IMG/VR virus record: IMGVR_UViG_3300048576_000441
Location: 1 to 37,537 of that record
DNA length: 37,537 nt
Direction: 5' to 3' (one strand)
Source of the DNA: a virus
Taxonomy: Duplodnaviria > Caudoviricetes
The notes under the pieces were generated by a model. It searched no databases. It had not been told where the DNA came from and saw only the letters and a list, made by a program, of their open reading frames with translations. Below are positions 1 to 9,069 of this stretch, piece by piece (position 1 is the stretch's first letter; each line of letters opens with the position of its first letter). The position numbers were made by a program, and so were the translations under genes.

Positions 1-705
1 CTATAGAGGCGCGGCCTGGAGACCGAGTTTGCTGGCGACGATGGTGCCAATGTTGAGCGTCGGCGAATAGGTGGCGTCGCCGACGGCGCGCAGGGTGGAC
101 CACGTGCCGCTCATGGTCGTCACGCCGCCTACGCAGACTTTCTGCCCGATGGGAATATCGTCCCAGCCCCACGGGATAGAGTCAGACTGCTTCCAACCGA
201 AATGCAGTACGCCGCCCTTGAGCCATGCCCCCGCCCAAATACTGTCGGCGGTGTTGGGTATGACGCTGGGCGTGGAGATCGCCCCGAAAGGGGTGTAGAG
301 GTCATAGGCTCCAGCCAGGGACGCGGCCTGTGGCCACAACGCCCCCGTCGTGCCGGCCATAAGATTCCACAGCATGTTGTTGAGCGCTGGGGTGTGCCCT
401 TGGAATTCGACGAAGTAGGAGAACTCCGCGAGGTTAAAGAAATTGGCAGCAAAGGCGGCCGTGCATGTGAAATACTTGCCGGATCCCAAGGCGCGATGTC
501 CGCTGGATACTCCAGGGATGCCTCCATTTTGCGTGAACACGAGGTTGGCTCCGGACAGGCCGCCCCCGGCCCCGCTCTCGTTGGCGTTGGCCGCGCCAGC
601 GACGTTGAGGACGAAACTGTTGCCGTCCGCCTTGGCCTGGAGAATGGGGAGATACACTGGGAGGCCGCGCGCGGCAGCACCAGATCCCATTGCGATCATG
701 CTCAT
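1..705 (-). CDS. Tail fibre-associated or putative receptor-binding protein (beta-rich, possibly LamG/ConA-like fold)
   Basis: Complete ORF (ATG 705, TAG at 1-3) with GGAGG RBS at 713-717. Lies directly after the tail fibre gene. Gly/aromatic-rich sequence; the fold is a guess. Confidence 0.5.
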   Translation of the reverse strand: MSMIAMGSGAAARGLPVYLPILQAKADGNSFVLNVAGAANANESGAGGGLSGANLVFTQNGGIPGVSSGHRALGSGKYFTCTAAFAANFFNLAEFSYFVEFQGHTPALNNMLWNLMAGTTGALWPQAASLAGAYDLYTPFGAISTPSVIPNTADSIWAGAWLKGGVLHFGWKQSDSIPWGWDDIPIGQKVCVGGVTTMSGTWSTLRAVGDATYSPTLNIGTIVASKLGLQAAPL

Positions 706-717
706 ATGTTGCCCTCC

Positions 718-1656
718 CTACCAGGCCGAGACGTTGCCGGTGATGCCGTATTGGATCTTCACGCCCAGCAGCTGCGCCGCCACGCTCATGGCCGGGGAGC
801 CGTAGTTGTAGATGCGGGTCAGGACCAGCCGCAGGTAGTCGCCCGCGGCCGGGGTGTTGGCCAGGGTCATGGCGGCGCTAGCCGGACCGATATGCACGTC
901 ACCAGCCGCGATCACGGCGTCATCCACGGTCACGGCCGACCCCAGAGCCTGATCCAGCGCCTCGCCGTCGCTCACGGCCAGACCCGCTAAGGAAAAGCGC
1001 ACATTGTCGCCCACGCTGGCACCAGCAGCGGGGGCCCACACGGGCTTGAACTTGAGCGGCCCGTGGTCCCAATTGCTCGGGAGCTGGAAGTTAATCTCGG
1101 CCGAGGTGTTGGCTGTGCTGCCCTGAAAGGACATCACGTTGCGCGTCAGGTGGTTCGTGGCGTCCTCGACCACGGCCAGGGACGCGCCGCCCGTGATCGC
1201 CGGGGTCATGGCCCCGGCGTCGATGTACAGTTCGTCCACGGCGGAACCGCCGGCGGCGATGGCCGCCTTGACGCCCGCCGGGGTCACGGCGCGCTCCGTG
1301 TCGGTTCCGGTGACGGCTTCCGCATTGGTGGCCAGCTCCACCACGCCCTGGGCCGTCGTGGTGGCCTGGGCCGGGGCGGGAGCGACCGCCGCGATGGCCG
1401 CCGCCATTCCGGCGACGATCTTGGCCTCGTCGCCATCGTTGACCACGCCGGCCGGGTAGTTCGTGGCGATGAACGCCGCCACGCCCTTGCAGAACCGGCT
1501 CAAATTGCGCAGCACGGCGTTTTCGAGCGCCTGGCTGGCCAGGCCGGGGACATGGCCGGTGAGGCGGTCCGCGGCGGCCGTGTAGGCGCTCTGGTCGAGC
1601 ATGTTGCCGCTGTCCGCGTTGGCCGCGAACTCAAGGATCTCGTTGATGATGGCCAC
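718..1656 (-). CDS. Tail fibre protein
   Basis: Likely GTG start at 1656 with AGGAGG at 1661-1666 (the track ORF is over-extended). N-terminus resembles baseplate-attachment domains of this tail type. Contains the fibre repeat ATTTAQGVVELATNAEAVTGTDTERAVTP. Follows the baseplate wedge genes. Confidence 0.8.
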   Translation of the reverse strand: MAIINEILEFAANADSGNMLDQSAYTAAADRLTGHVPGLASQALENAVLRNLSRFCKGVAAFIATNYPAGVVNDGDEAKIVAGMAAAIAAVAPAPAQATTTAQGVVELATNAEAVTGTDTERAVTPAGVKAAIAAGGSAVDELYIDAGAMTPAITGGASLAVVEDATNHLTRNVMSFQGSTANTSAEINFQLPSNWDHGPLKFKPVWAPAAGASVGDNVRFSLAGLAVSDGEALDQALGSAVTVDDAVIAAGDVHIGPASAAMTLANTPAAGDYLRLVLTRIYNYGSPAMSVAAQLLGVKIQYGITGNVSAW

Positions 1657-1666
1657 GTGTCCTCCT

Positions 1667-2347
1667 TTATGTTGCGGGGATGATGCGTTCCGGCCAGCTG
1701 GCCGCGCCCCAGCCGCCGAGGGCCTCGGACGAGACGCCCCAGGCGAAGAGCTTGCCGCCCGCCGGCGGTACTGCGTAGTAGCGGATCCGCACTCCACCGG
1801 GCTTGAGCGGGATGAGGCCGTTGACGAGCAAAGCCTTGGTCACGGCGTCCGGCCGCTTGCCGGCGACGCCGACGACCATGGTCATGTCCTGGTTGTCCTG
1901 GATCACGATGATGGAGCCCGTGCCGGCGAAGAGCGTCGCCCACACCTCATAGGCTCCGGGGATGGTGCCGTCCCAGGCGTTGGCCGCGATCTTGGCGCGC
2001 AGCAGCGTGCGGTACGCGTCGTCGGGCAGGGCCACCATGCCCGTGGCCGGATCATACTTGCCCTTCCAGGAGCCCTGGCCCCAGCCCAGGCCCTCGACGC
2101 CCCAGGAGAAGTAGACACCGGCCAGGGGCACATCGAGGACGCGCGAGCGGCCAACCCACTCGCCGACCTGGTCGAGCTGCACGCCCACGGCCGAGTCCAA
2201 ATCGAAGCCGTCGCGCATGGCGCGCAACAGGGCCTGGGCGTCGACCAGCGGGCCGACAAGGGCCGAGCACAGGGCCATGAAGCGCGGCTTGCCGCGATAC
2301 ATCGTGGTGGCCAGGCCCAGGTAGTCGTCGAGGGTGTTCGCGCTCAT
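1667..2347 (-). CDS. Baseplate wedge protein (DUF2612-like)
   Basis: Motif FDLDSAVGVQLDQVGEWVG. Lies between the baseplate J gene and the tail fibre; TGATG coupling at 2345-2349. Confidence 0.85.
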   Translation of the reverse strand: MSANTLDDYLGLATTMYRGKPRFMALCSALVGPLVDAQALLRAMRDGFDLDSAVGVQLDQVGEWVGRSRVLDVPLAGVYFSWGVEGLGWGQGSWKGKYDPATGMVALPDDAYRTLLRAKIAANAWDGTIPGAYEVWATLFAGTGSIIVIQDNQDMTMVVGVAGKRPDAVTKALLVNGLIPLKPGGVRIRYYAVPPAGGKLFAWGVSSEALGGWGAASWPERIIPAT

Positions 2348-3522
2348 CAGCTCACCGTCAGGATGACATTGTTCACCGCGCCCACGGCCACCTCGTTGAA
2401 AGCCAACGCCAGGTTGGCCGCGGCTGCCGTCGCCTCCGTGCGGCCGATGGCCAGGGAGAGCACCTCGAAGGTCTTCTTGGCGGCGACGGGCTCGGCGGCG
2501 TTGATGGGCGTGTAGAGCTTGGAGAGGAGCACGTCCTCACCGATGCCCAGCGCATTCTGGTACGCAGCCAGGTTCGCCTGGATGGCCACGCCGGTGGTGG
2601 AGACGTAGCCGGCCAACGCCTTGAGGCCCACGAGGATATAGGGGGCCACGGGCGCGGCGCGGTAGAATCGCATGGTGCCTGGCACGCCATATTCATCGGC
2701 CACGGCCACGGCGGTGGTGCCGTTGGTCCGCACGCCAGGGGCCTTCTTGAGGCGGATGGCCTCGGCGATGGCCGCATCGTCGCCGCCCTCGACCACGAGC
2801 GTGATGGAGTGCGCAGGCAGGCCATTGGCGTCGACGGCGTCCGTGTCGTTCTCGTAGGGCTGGCAGCGGGTGACGCCGGAAAGGTTGGCCACGGCGCCCG
2901 CGATGCCTTCCAGCACGGTCTTGCTCGGCAAGGCCGTGGAGACGCCCTGGCGCTTGCGCAATACCGCGTCGCTCTCCACGGCCGCGCCGGGCGTTGCCGC
3001 GGCGGCGTTGGTCACGGAGAGCCAGCCGCGCGTGGGCGTGGCGATGGTCGCGATCTCGCCGGCGGCGGCCTGGATGTCGCCCTCGTCCTGGGCCGTGGCC
3101 GTGACCGTGATGGAGCCACCGGAGGGGATGGTGACGCTCGCGGGCAGATCCCACTTGCGGCCGGCCACGTCCGCCACCACGCCGGCGGTGATGCTCGTGC
3201 CCACCGTGCCCACGAGATGCACCTCGGCAGTGGAGTGGCTCGCCGTCAGGCGTGTGAGGCCGTTGATCTTGACCATGCGCGATAGGCCCGCGCCCTGGGC
3301 GGTCTGCGGTGAAAAGGCGTTGTACACGGCCACCGCGAGCTGGTTGGCGTCGTGCTCGGCCTGGGCGAACATCGCCAGCATCTGCCCTTCCTGGCTGTCG
3401 GCCTCAAGATAGAGATCCGCGCCGAAGATGGCCCGGAAGTCCGCCTGCCTCTTGGCCAGGATGTCCGGGTATGTCGGCGTGTGGATGCCGGCCGCGTCGA
3501 TGTAGGGGACGATGTATGCCAC
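2347..3522 (-). CDS. Baseplate J/gp47-like wedge protein
   Basis: GTG start at 3522 overlaps the upstream TAG. Motifs ESDAVLRKRQ, YENDT and HSITLVVEGGDD are typical of baseplate J-like proteins. Confidence 0.88.
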   Translation of the reverse strand: MAYIVPYIDAAGIHTPTYPDILAKRQADFRAIFGADLYLEADSQEGQMLAMFAQAEHDANQLAVAVYNAFSPQTAQGAGLSRMVKINGLTRLTASHSTAEVHLVGTVGTSITAGVVADVAGRKWDLPASVTIPSGGSITVTATAQDEGDIQAAAGEIATIATPTRGWLSVTNAAAATPGAAVESDAVLRKRQGVSTALPSKTVLEGIAGAVANLSGVTRCQPYENDTDAVDANGLPAHSITLVVEGGDDAAIAEAIRLKKAPGVRTNGTTAVAVADEYGVPGTMRFYRAAPVAPYILVGLKALAGYVSTTGVAIQANLAAYQNALGIGEDVLLSKLYTPINAAEPVAAKKTFEVLSLAIGRTEATAAAANLALAFNEVAVGAVNNVILTVS

Positions 3523-3875
3523 TAGAGCACCTCCTGGATGATCGCCTGGCCGTAGATGGTGGTGATGGTGGCGGCGACGGACAGCGCGCGCGCGTCGCGG
3601 TCGAGACTGGAGCTGTAGCTGTCCAGGCTCAGGACGCCCTCGGTCTCCAGGATGCGCGTCCGGATCACCGGGTCGTAGCCGCCCTCGGTGTACTTGCCCA
3701 GGACGCCGCCCACGTAGGGCGTGCCCTCGGCCGTGTCCAAATACCACTCGCCGGTCATGAGCCGCAGGCGCTGGGCCACGGCCTGGGCCACGCCTTCGGC
3801 CGCGTCTCTCCAGTAGTCGGCCTGGCCATGCCCGAAGCGGATGTCGCCGTCGCTATCCCACTTGCGCAGCCTCAT
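3522..3875 (-). CDS. Baseplate gp25/gpW/gp46-like protein (sheath initiator)
   Basis: ATG 3875 (MRLRKWDSDGDIRFG...VAQAVAQRLRLMTGEWYLDTAEGTPY). Lies between the spike and J genes, with an ATGA overlap. Confidence 0.8.
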   Translation of the reverse strand: MRLRKWDSDGDIRFGHGQADYWRDAAEGVAQAVAQRLRLMTGEWYLDTAEGTPYVGGVLGKYTEGGYDPVIRTRILETEGVLSLDSYSSSLDRDARALSVAATITTIYGQAIIQEVL

Positions 3876-4510
3876 GCCGGGCCTCCCGTGTTGCCGCCGC
3901 CCGGCTCGACGCCGCCGTGTACGTGCGACATCAGGCTGATGCCGCCGGCCACCATGTCGCCCGTGGAGGTGATGCCGCCCTGCACGTGCAGGCCGCCCGG
4001 CACGGCCATGGTGATCGCGCCGGTGGTCGGGTTGAAGCTCATCACCAGCGTGCCGGCGTCGTTGCGGATCTGGGCCTCGCTGGCGCTCACGTCGGCCAGC
4101 TTGCGCGCCTGGCTGCGCGGGCCAACGATGGCGATGGCGTCGGAGAGGTCGTGCATGCGCGCGGATAGCGGCTCCTGCACGCCGCCGGACTGCCACCAGG
4201 CGTCGATGCAGCGCGACGCGAAGACCACCAGACACTCGTCGCCGGCGGCGACCGGGAAGGTGAAGGTCATACCGCCGCCGGACGGGAAGACCACCGGCAC
4301 GTCCACCAGAAGCGGCAAGTCGACGCTGGCCACCGTGCCGTCCGGGCTCTCGACGCGGCCCTTGATGGCCGGCTGCACCGCACACGTCTGCCGGGCGGCG
4401 TCGTAGCTCTCGATGATGCCGGGCATGGCCGTCTGGATCTGCGCCTGCCTGCCGTCCTGCGCGGCCTGCACGGCCTCCACCGGGTCGTCGATGCGCTCCC
4501 GGTAGTCCAT
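3872..4510 (-). CDS. Baseplate central spike (gpV/gp138-like)
   Basis: ATG 4510. OB-fold-type N-terminus (TAMPGIIESYD...DVPVVFP...GDECLVVF) and C-terminal iron-binding HxH motif (SHVHGGVEPGGGNTGGP). Confidence 0.88.
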   Translation of the reverse strand: MDYRERIDDPVEAVQAAQDGRQAQIQTAMPGIIESYDAARQTCAVQPAIKGRVESPDGTVASVDLPLLVDVPVVFPSGGGMTFTFPVAAGDECLVVFASRCIDAWWQSGGVQEPLSARMHDLSDAIAIVGPRSQARKLADVSASEAQIRNDAGTLVMSFNPTTGAITMAVPGGLHVQGGITSTGDMVAGGISLMSHVHGGVEPGGGNTGGPA

Positions 4511-5448
4511 CAGCGGCCTCCATTGCTGACCACGATCTTGGACAGCAGCGGCGCGGAGTCGTCGATGCCCACGCAGGTCAGGTCGGCGTACCAGTCGTTG
4601 CCGCGCGTATCGCCGCGCCACTCGATGGCCAGGATGCGGTAGAAGCCGTCCTTGTTGATGCGCGGGGCCTTCTGGAACGCGCCGATCTTGAGGCTTTGCT
4701 TGAAGCGGATGATGCTCCGGTTGTCGAGCTTGATCCGGCCGCCCACGCGCAGCTTGGGGTTGATGAGGCAGCGCACCATGATGCCCTGCTCGGTCTGCTC
4801 CGGCATGCCGATGAGGCCCGTCTCGGCCGTAAGCTTGACGGCCTCGCCGGGCAGGTAGCCGCGCTTGGGCACCAGCTGCACCTTGCCGTCCTGGATGCTC
4901 CAGCTCGTGTCCGTGCTGTGCGCAACGTCGCGCAGGTAGTCGCGGGCCATGCCGTACATGACCTGGCCGCGCGGCAACGCCTGGCCGCCAAGGTCCGGAA
5001 TGTAGCCCTGGGTGACGCCGTGCTCGGCCATGGCGCCCGCCGCCGTCTTCGCCACATCCTTCTGCGTGGCCCCGGCGGCCAGCGTGGCGCGGACCACCGC
5101 GTAGTTGTAGGCCCGGTCGCCGTCCGAGGCCAAGAAGTCGGCATAGGTGTCCACGCCGTTCTCGCGGCCGAAGCGGACCTGCCGGATGGTGCCGCCGAAG
5201 ATCAGCCCGCAGTTGCCCTCGTAGCCGGCCTGCAGGACGATGCGCGTGAACTCCTTGGTCCCGAGCCGTGCGCAGGTGGCCTCGGCCAGGTTGTAGACGC
5301 GGATGTCCGCGTGGTTCGGCGTTTCGAAGTCGACCTTGTGCGTGGCGAAGACCACGCGCAGCGCCCCCAGCTCCAGCCCCTTGCCGCCCGCGCCGCCGAC
5401 CACGAGGCTGCACTGGCGCAGATACTGGCGATCCGCCGGCGCGCTCAT
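4510..5448 (-). CDS. Baseplate hub protein (gp27/gpD-like)
   Basis: Motifs ADIRVYNL, LQAGY, WSIQDG and ETGLIGMP. Immediately upstream of the spike gene. Confidence 0.8.
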   Translation of the reverse strand: MSAPADRQYLRQCSLVVGGAGGKGLELGALRVVFATHKVDFETPNHADIRVYNLAEATCARLGTKEFTRIVLQAGYEGNCGLIFGGTIRQVRFGRENGVDTYADFLASDGDRAYNYAVVRATLAAGATQKDVAKTAAGAMAEHGVTQGYIPDLGGQALPRGQVMYGMARDYLRDVAHSTDTSWSIQDGKVQLVPKRGYLPGEAVKLTAETGLIGMPEQTEQGIMVRCLINPKLRVGGRIKLDNRSIIRFKQSLKIGAFQKAPRINKDGFYRILAIEWRGDTRGNDWYADLTCVGIDDSAPLLSKIVVSNGGR

Positions 5449-5765
5449 GCCGCCTCCGAGGTCAGGAAGACCAGGTCGCAGCCGTCACCCAGGTTGTCCA
5501 CCGTGGGCGGCAAGTCGTTGTCGTCGGCCCAGGCCACCAGGCCGCCGCCGATGCCGAGGTAGTCATACGGCGCAAGCAGGTCCACGCCGGTGACGAGCGG
5601 GATGCCGGCCAAGAGCACGTCGCCGCCATCGGGGTAGGCGACGTCCAGGACCCAGCCGCCCTCGTCCGCGTCGAGCCAGCGCACGGTGAGCTGATACTCG
5701 ACGCCGGCGAGCGAGACGGTGAGCGTCTGATCCTCTGCGGTGAGCGGGATGGTGTAGTCGGCCAT
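5445..5765 (-). CDS. Small baseplate protein (plug-like)
   Basis: ATG 5765 (MADYTIPLTAEDQTLTVSL...GIPLVTGVDLL). Conserved position before the hub gene in this tail type. Confidence 0.7.
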   Translation of the reverse strand: MADYTIPLTAEDQTLTVSLAGVEYQLTVRWLDADEGGWVLDVAYPDGGDVLLAGIPLVTGVDLLAPYDYLGIGGGLVAWADDNDLPPTVDNLGDGCDLVFLTSEAA

Positions 5766-5767
5766 GG

Positions 5768-6346
5768 CTAGGACGACCTCCGACCAAACATCTGCGACAG
5801 ATCCTCCTTGGCCCCCTTCATAACCGAGGGGCGCTTGGTCACCTGCTCCTTGCCCTTCTCCTTGGTCGCGTTGGTGCTCCGCTTCATCTGCCGCGCGCGC
5901 GGCACGGCGACCACGCTCACGTTCACGATGATGATCTGTTGCAGCTCCATGGAAAGCATGAGCACGTTTTCGGTCGCCGCGTCCGTCACGACCCCGAGGG
6001 ATTTGATCAGCATGTTGCCGTACACGCGCTTGCCCGTAACGACGTCGAAGGGTTCGCGCGTGGCCTGGAGCTTGCGCAGCGCCTCGTACATGGCCACCGT
6101 GAGGCGGTCGCCGTTGACGTTGTTGTCCGCGCGCGCATCGGTCACTCCGGCCTTGATGGTCAGCTTGGCCGGCTTGAGGTAGGCGTGGTCCGTGACGGCC
6201 GCGCCCTTCTCCACAGGGTGCTCGGTGATCTCCAACTCGTCGGTGTGGGCCTCCTCGATGGTCACGTCCATGTACAGTCCGCCGATGGAGCGGGCCGGGC
6301 GCAGGAACACCAGCTCGGTATTGGAGGAGAGTGTGTTGGCGCTCAT
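5768..6346 (-). CDS. Tail tube initiator / Dit-like baseplate protein
   Basis: ATG 6346 overlaps the tape-measure stop. Motif EEAHTDELEITEHPVEKGAAVTDHA...YGNMLI. Confidence 0.75.
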   Translation of the reverse strand: MSANTLSSNTELVFLRPARSIGGLYMDVTIEEAHTDELEITEHPVEKGAAVTDHAYLKPAKLTIKAGVTDARADNNVNGDRLTVAMYEALRKLQATREPFDVVTGKRVYGNMLIKSLGVVTDAATENVLMLSMELQQIIIVNVSVVAVPRARQMKRSTNATKEKGKEQVTKRPSVMKGAKEDLSQMFGRRSS

Positions 6347-7932
6347 CTGGCGGCTCCGCGCGCGTGGCGCACGAGATCGGCATTTACCTTCTGCTGGCCG
6401 CCAAGCACGGTGCGGCCCACGGCCTCGGGATCGCCCGCGCCGTCGATGTTGAAGTTGTTCACGGCGGACAATTCCACCTTCGCGCCCCCGGCCGGGCCGG
6501 CAGTGGCGGCGGCCAGGGCCGGGGAGGGGCCAAGGGCGGGAGCCGTCTGGGTCTCTCCGCCGCCACCGAAAATTCTGGCGATGCCCTTGGCTGCGCTCAA
6601 AAGGCCGCTCAGCTTGAGTATCCCTTTCAGGATGTCCCAAAGACCTTTCGCCAAATTGATCGCGGATTGCCAAGCGGCGGCCCAATCGCCATTCAGCAGG
6701 CTGGTGACATAGGTGATCAAGGATAGTGCGACGGTGAGGATACCCGCAAGTGTCTCGATAGCTCCGGAGCCGAGCTCGCCGAAGGCGTCGAGCAGCGGCC
6801 CCTTGAGAACGCCCCACAAGCTCCCGAGCACATCCATAAGCTTACCCAACTCCCCAAGAATCGAGTCAATTTGCGTCGCCCAGGGTCCCCAATCAATGAG
6901 GCTGTCCCCGTCATCTTTCCAAGTCTGATAGTCGTCGATGAGCGCGAGTAGGGCGATAAGCGCGACAATGACCAGGCCGAGCGGCGTGGCCAGGAATGAA
7001 AGATTGAGGTACTTCCAGGCGGCTGCGAGTCCCAGAATGGACACGATGAGTGCCTGCGTCGAGCCGTCGAGCATTTGGAACCTGTCGACGATGGCCCCGA
7101 TCAGCTTGAAGGCGCGCAAGGTCAACCCGAGGAAGAAGCCGGCGAGCATAAGGACGAAGCCGATGACGACCTTGATGACCCGAACGACCGGCCCGAAGTT
7201 TTGGAGCAGTGTCTGCCGAAACGACTTTACGTCCTTCTCTGCCTTGCCGATGAGCGAAAGGCTCACCGTCTCCGCAAGGAGCTTGAACACCTCCTTGAGG
7301 AACTTCACCTCCTTGACGAAACTGCGCGACTTCTCGGCGGCCTGCTGGGCGTCCATGCCCGTGGCCGCGTACATCTCGCGATAGGCGTTCGTGAGGCCGC
7401 TCACGTCCTGGGTCAGCATCTTGTACAGGCTCTTGTCGATGCCCAGCTGGCCCATGAACATCTCCGCCCTGGCCCTCGGCATGGTCTTGATGCGCTTGCC
7501 CACCTGGTCAAGCACTTCGGACGCGTCGCGCAGCTGGCCGTTTGCGCCGCGGATGCTCACGCCCAGCCGCGCGAAGGCGACCAGGCCGCCCTGGCCGATG
7601 GTGGCTCCGGCCATCTGCCCCTGCAGGCTGCGCAGAGATGATTGCAGGGCCTCGGCCGAGCTGCCCGTCAGGTTGGCCACGAAATTCATTTCGCGGAGCT
7701 TGCCCACGCCGATGCCCAGGCTTTCGGCCGTGTTCAATAGTTCGGCGTTGCTCGCGGCCACCTTGTAGACCCCGGCGTACACGGACCCGGCCGCGGCCAT
7801 GACCCCGCCGCCGAACGCCATGACGCGCTTGGTGGCGGTGCCGATCCAGGCGTCCCACTTCTGCTTCCCGGTCTCATCGATCTCGAACCCGAGCCGAGCA
7901 AGGAAGTCGTATAGGACGTCACCCGCGGGCAT
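6343..7932 (-). CDS. Tail tape measure protein (529 aa)
   Basis: Position after the tail chaperones. N-terminus FLARLGFEID, helical Ala/Leu-rich body, hydrophobic segments and a DDY..W..G.SLIDW motif. Confidence 0.85.
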   Translation of the reverse strand: MPAGDVLYDFLARLGFEIDETGKQKWDAWIGTATKRVMAFGGGVMAAAGSVYAGVYKVAASNAELLNTAESLGIGVGKLREMNFVANLTGSSAEALQSSLRSLQGQMAGATIGQGGLVAFARLGVSIRGANGQLRDASEVLDQVGKRIKTMPRARAEMFMGQLGIDKSLYKMLTQDVSGLTNAYREMYAATGMDAQQAAEKSRSFVKEVKFLKEVFKLLAETVSLSLIGKAEKDVKSFRQTLLQNFGPVVRVIKVVIGFVLMLAGFFLGLTLRAFKLIGAIVDRFQMLDGSTQALIVSILGLAAAWKYLNLSFLATPLGLVIVALIALLALIDDYQTWKDDGDSLIDWGPWATQIDSILGELGKLMDVLGSLWGVLKGPLLDAFGELGSGAIETLAGILTVALSLITYVTSLLNGDWAAAWQSAINLAKGLWDILKGILKLSGLLSAAKGIARIFGGGGETQTAPALGPSPALAAATAGPAGGAKVELSAVNNFNIDGAGDPEAVGRTVLGGQQKVNADLVRHARGAAR

Positions 7933-8167
7933 CTTCTGTCTCCTTCGCCTTGATGTAGCGGCGCTCGTTCTCGGCCTGGACGTCCAGGGCGTCGTTCATG
8001 AGCGCCACGTCCTCCAACCCCAGGGTCCCATCAAGCAGACTCTCGTACTTGCAGCATCCGGCCAGCACGGGCCTGAGCAACCAGTCCTCGCCGTCCGACA
8101 GGCTGACCCACTCGACGTCTACGTCAGGGGCGCTCCGCCGGAAATCGGGGACCCTTCGCCGAAAAAA
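7919..8167 (-). CDS. Tail assembly chaperone 'T' part (C-terminal frame, probably reached by -1 frameshift)
   Basis: Open -1 frame from the slippery site at 8161-8167 to the stop at 7919, encoding EDWLLRPVLAGCCKYESLLDGTLGLEDVALMNDALDV. No convincing independent start. Confidence 0.7.
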   Translation of the reverse strand, partial: FFRRRVPDFRRSAPDVDVEWVSLSDGEDWLLRPVLAGCCKYESLLDGTLGLEDVALMNDALDVQAENERRYIKAKETEDARG

Positions 8168-8589
8168 CCGGACAGGTTGAGCCGGAGCACTTCCCACACG
8201 ATCTTCAGCATGGCCGGCATGTCGAGATCCTGGAACTGGAGCAGGTCGCCGGTCATGAGCCGTGCCCAGCCGCCGGAGTCCTGGCGGCGCTCCGTGACGG
8301 CAAGGCAGGCGTCGATGATGTAATCCACGTCGGGCTCGGGCAAGCTGGCCAGGTTGGCCAGCACGCCACCGAGCATCCCGCCGAGGTCCTTATCCGTGAG
8401 GTTGTCGAGCAGCTTGCCCGGCTCGGCCTCCGCGCCCTTGGCGGCCTCCCGCCTGAGGTTGGCCAGGACGCCGGAGTCGATGAGCCCCACGAGCAGCGGC
8501 GACAGCCGGCGCGTCACATGAAACTGCTTCTTTGCGGCGAGCTTGTTGGCCCTGTAGGTGTGGCCGCCGACCTCGAATTCGATGCTCAT
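8119..8589 (-). CDS. Tail assembly chaperone (gpG-like)
   Basis: Between the tail tube and tape measure genes. Sequence YRANKLAAKKQFHVTRRL...NLSGFF; AGGAGG RBS. Confidence 0.82.
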   Translation of the reverse strand: MSIEFEVGGHTYRANKLAAKKQFHVTRRLSPLLVGLIDSGVLANLRREAAKGAEAEPGKLLDNLTDKDLGGMLGGVLANLASLPEPDVDYIIDACLAVTERRQDSGGWARLMTGDLLQFQDLDMPAMLKIVWEVLRLNLSGFFGEGSPISGGAPLT

Positions 8590-8601
8590 GCCCGCCCCCT
8601 C

Positions 8602-9054
8602 CTAGGAGAAGATGTCGAAGATGTCGGCGCCGCCCAGCTCGGGATCCCACACGCCGCCGTCGATCTGCCACTCCACCGTGCCGCCTTCCTTGGCGTAGGT
8701 GATGGCGGGCATCTTCTTGAACGCGGCCTCGGTGATGGTGTGCAGGTCGTTGCGGGCGCTGTCGCGCACCACGAGGGTGTTCTGACCATGGCGCGCGCTC
8801 GATGCGGTCTGGAAGTTGAACATGGACACGAGCAGCGCGTTGGTCGGGCTGGTCTTGAGCAGCGTGATGGTCACGGTGCAGGCCTTGGAGACCGCAAGCG
8901 AGTGCATCACCGAGCCGTCCGCGCCGGGGGTCATGGTGTTCTTGTCGCCCACGGGCTCGATCTTGATGCCCTCGTCGGCGTTGCCGCCGATGACGAACAT
9001 GCCTCCCGGCCCCTCAAAACTGCACGAGACGTCTGCAAAGCTGTAAGCGGGCAT
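8602..9054 (-). CDS. Tail tube protein (DUF3277-like)
   Basis: 150 aa, directly after the sheath. Motifs YSFADV, MTPGADG and LLKTSPTN. Confidence 0.85.
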   Translation of the reverse strand: MPAYSFADVSCSFEGPGGMFVIGGNADEGIKIEPVGDKNTMTPGADGSVMHSLAVSKACTVTITLLKTSPTNALLVSMFNFQTASSARHGQNTLVVRDSARNDLHTITEAAFKKMPAITYAKEGGTVEWQIDGGVWDPELGGADIFDIFS

Positions 9055-9069
9055 GGTGTCCCTCCCTGC

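Noticed and set aside
1-1656. Diversity-generating retroelement or invertible tail-fibre cassette
   Set aside because: No reverse transcriptase, TR/VR repeat pair, invertase or inverted fibre copy in the window. Sequence further left cannot be assessed.
3872-5413. Over-extended track ORFs (3872-5413, 2347-3747, 3522-4523, 5445-6383, 5768-6817, 16441-18171, 32638-33801 and others)
   Set aside because: Their N-terminal parts are Arg/Pro-rich off-frame read-through of neighbouring genes. Starts were reassigned using RBSs and stop-start overlaps.
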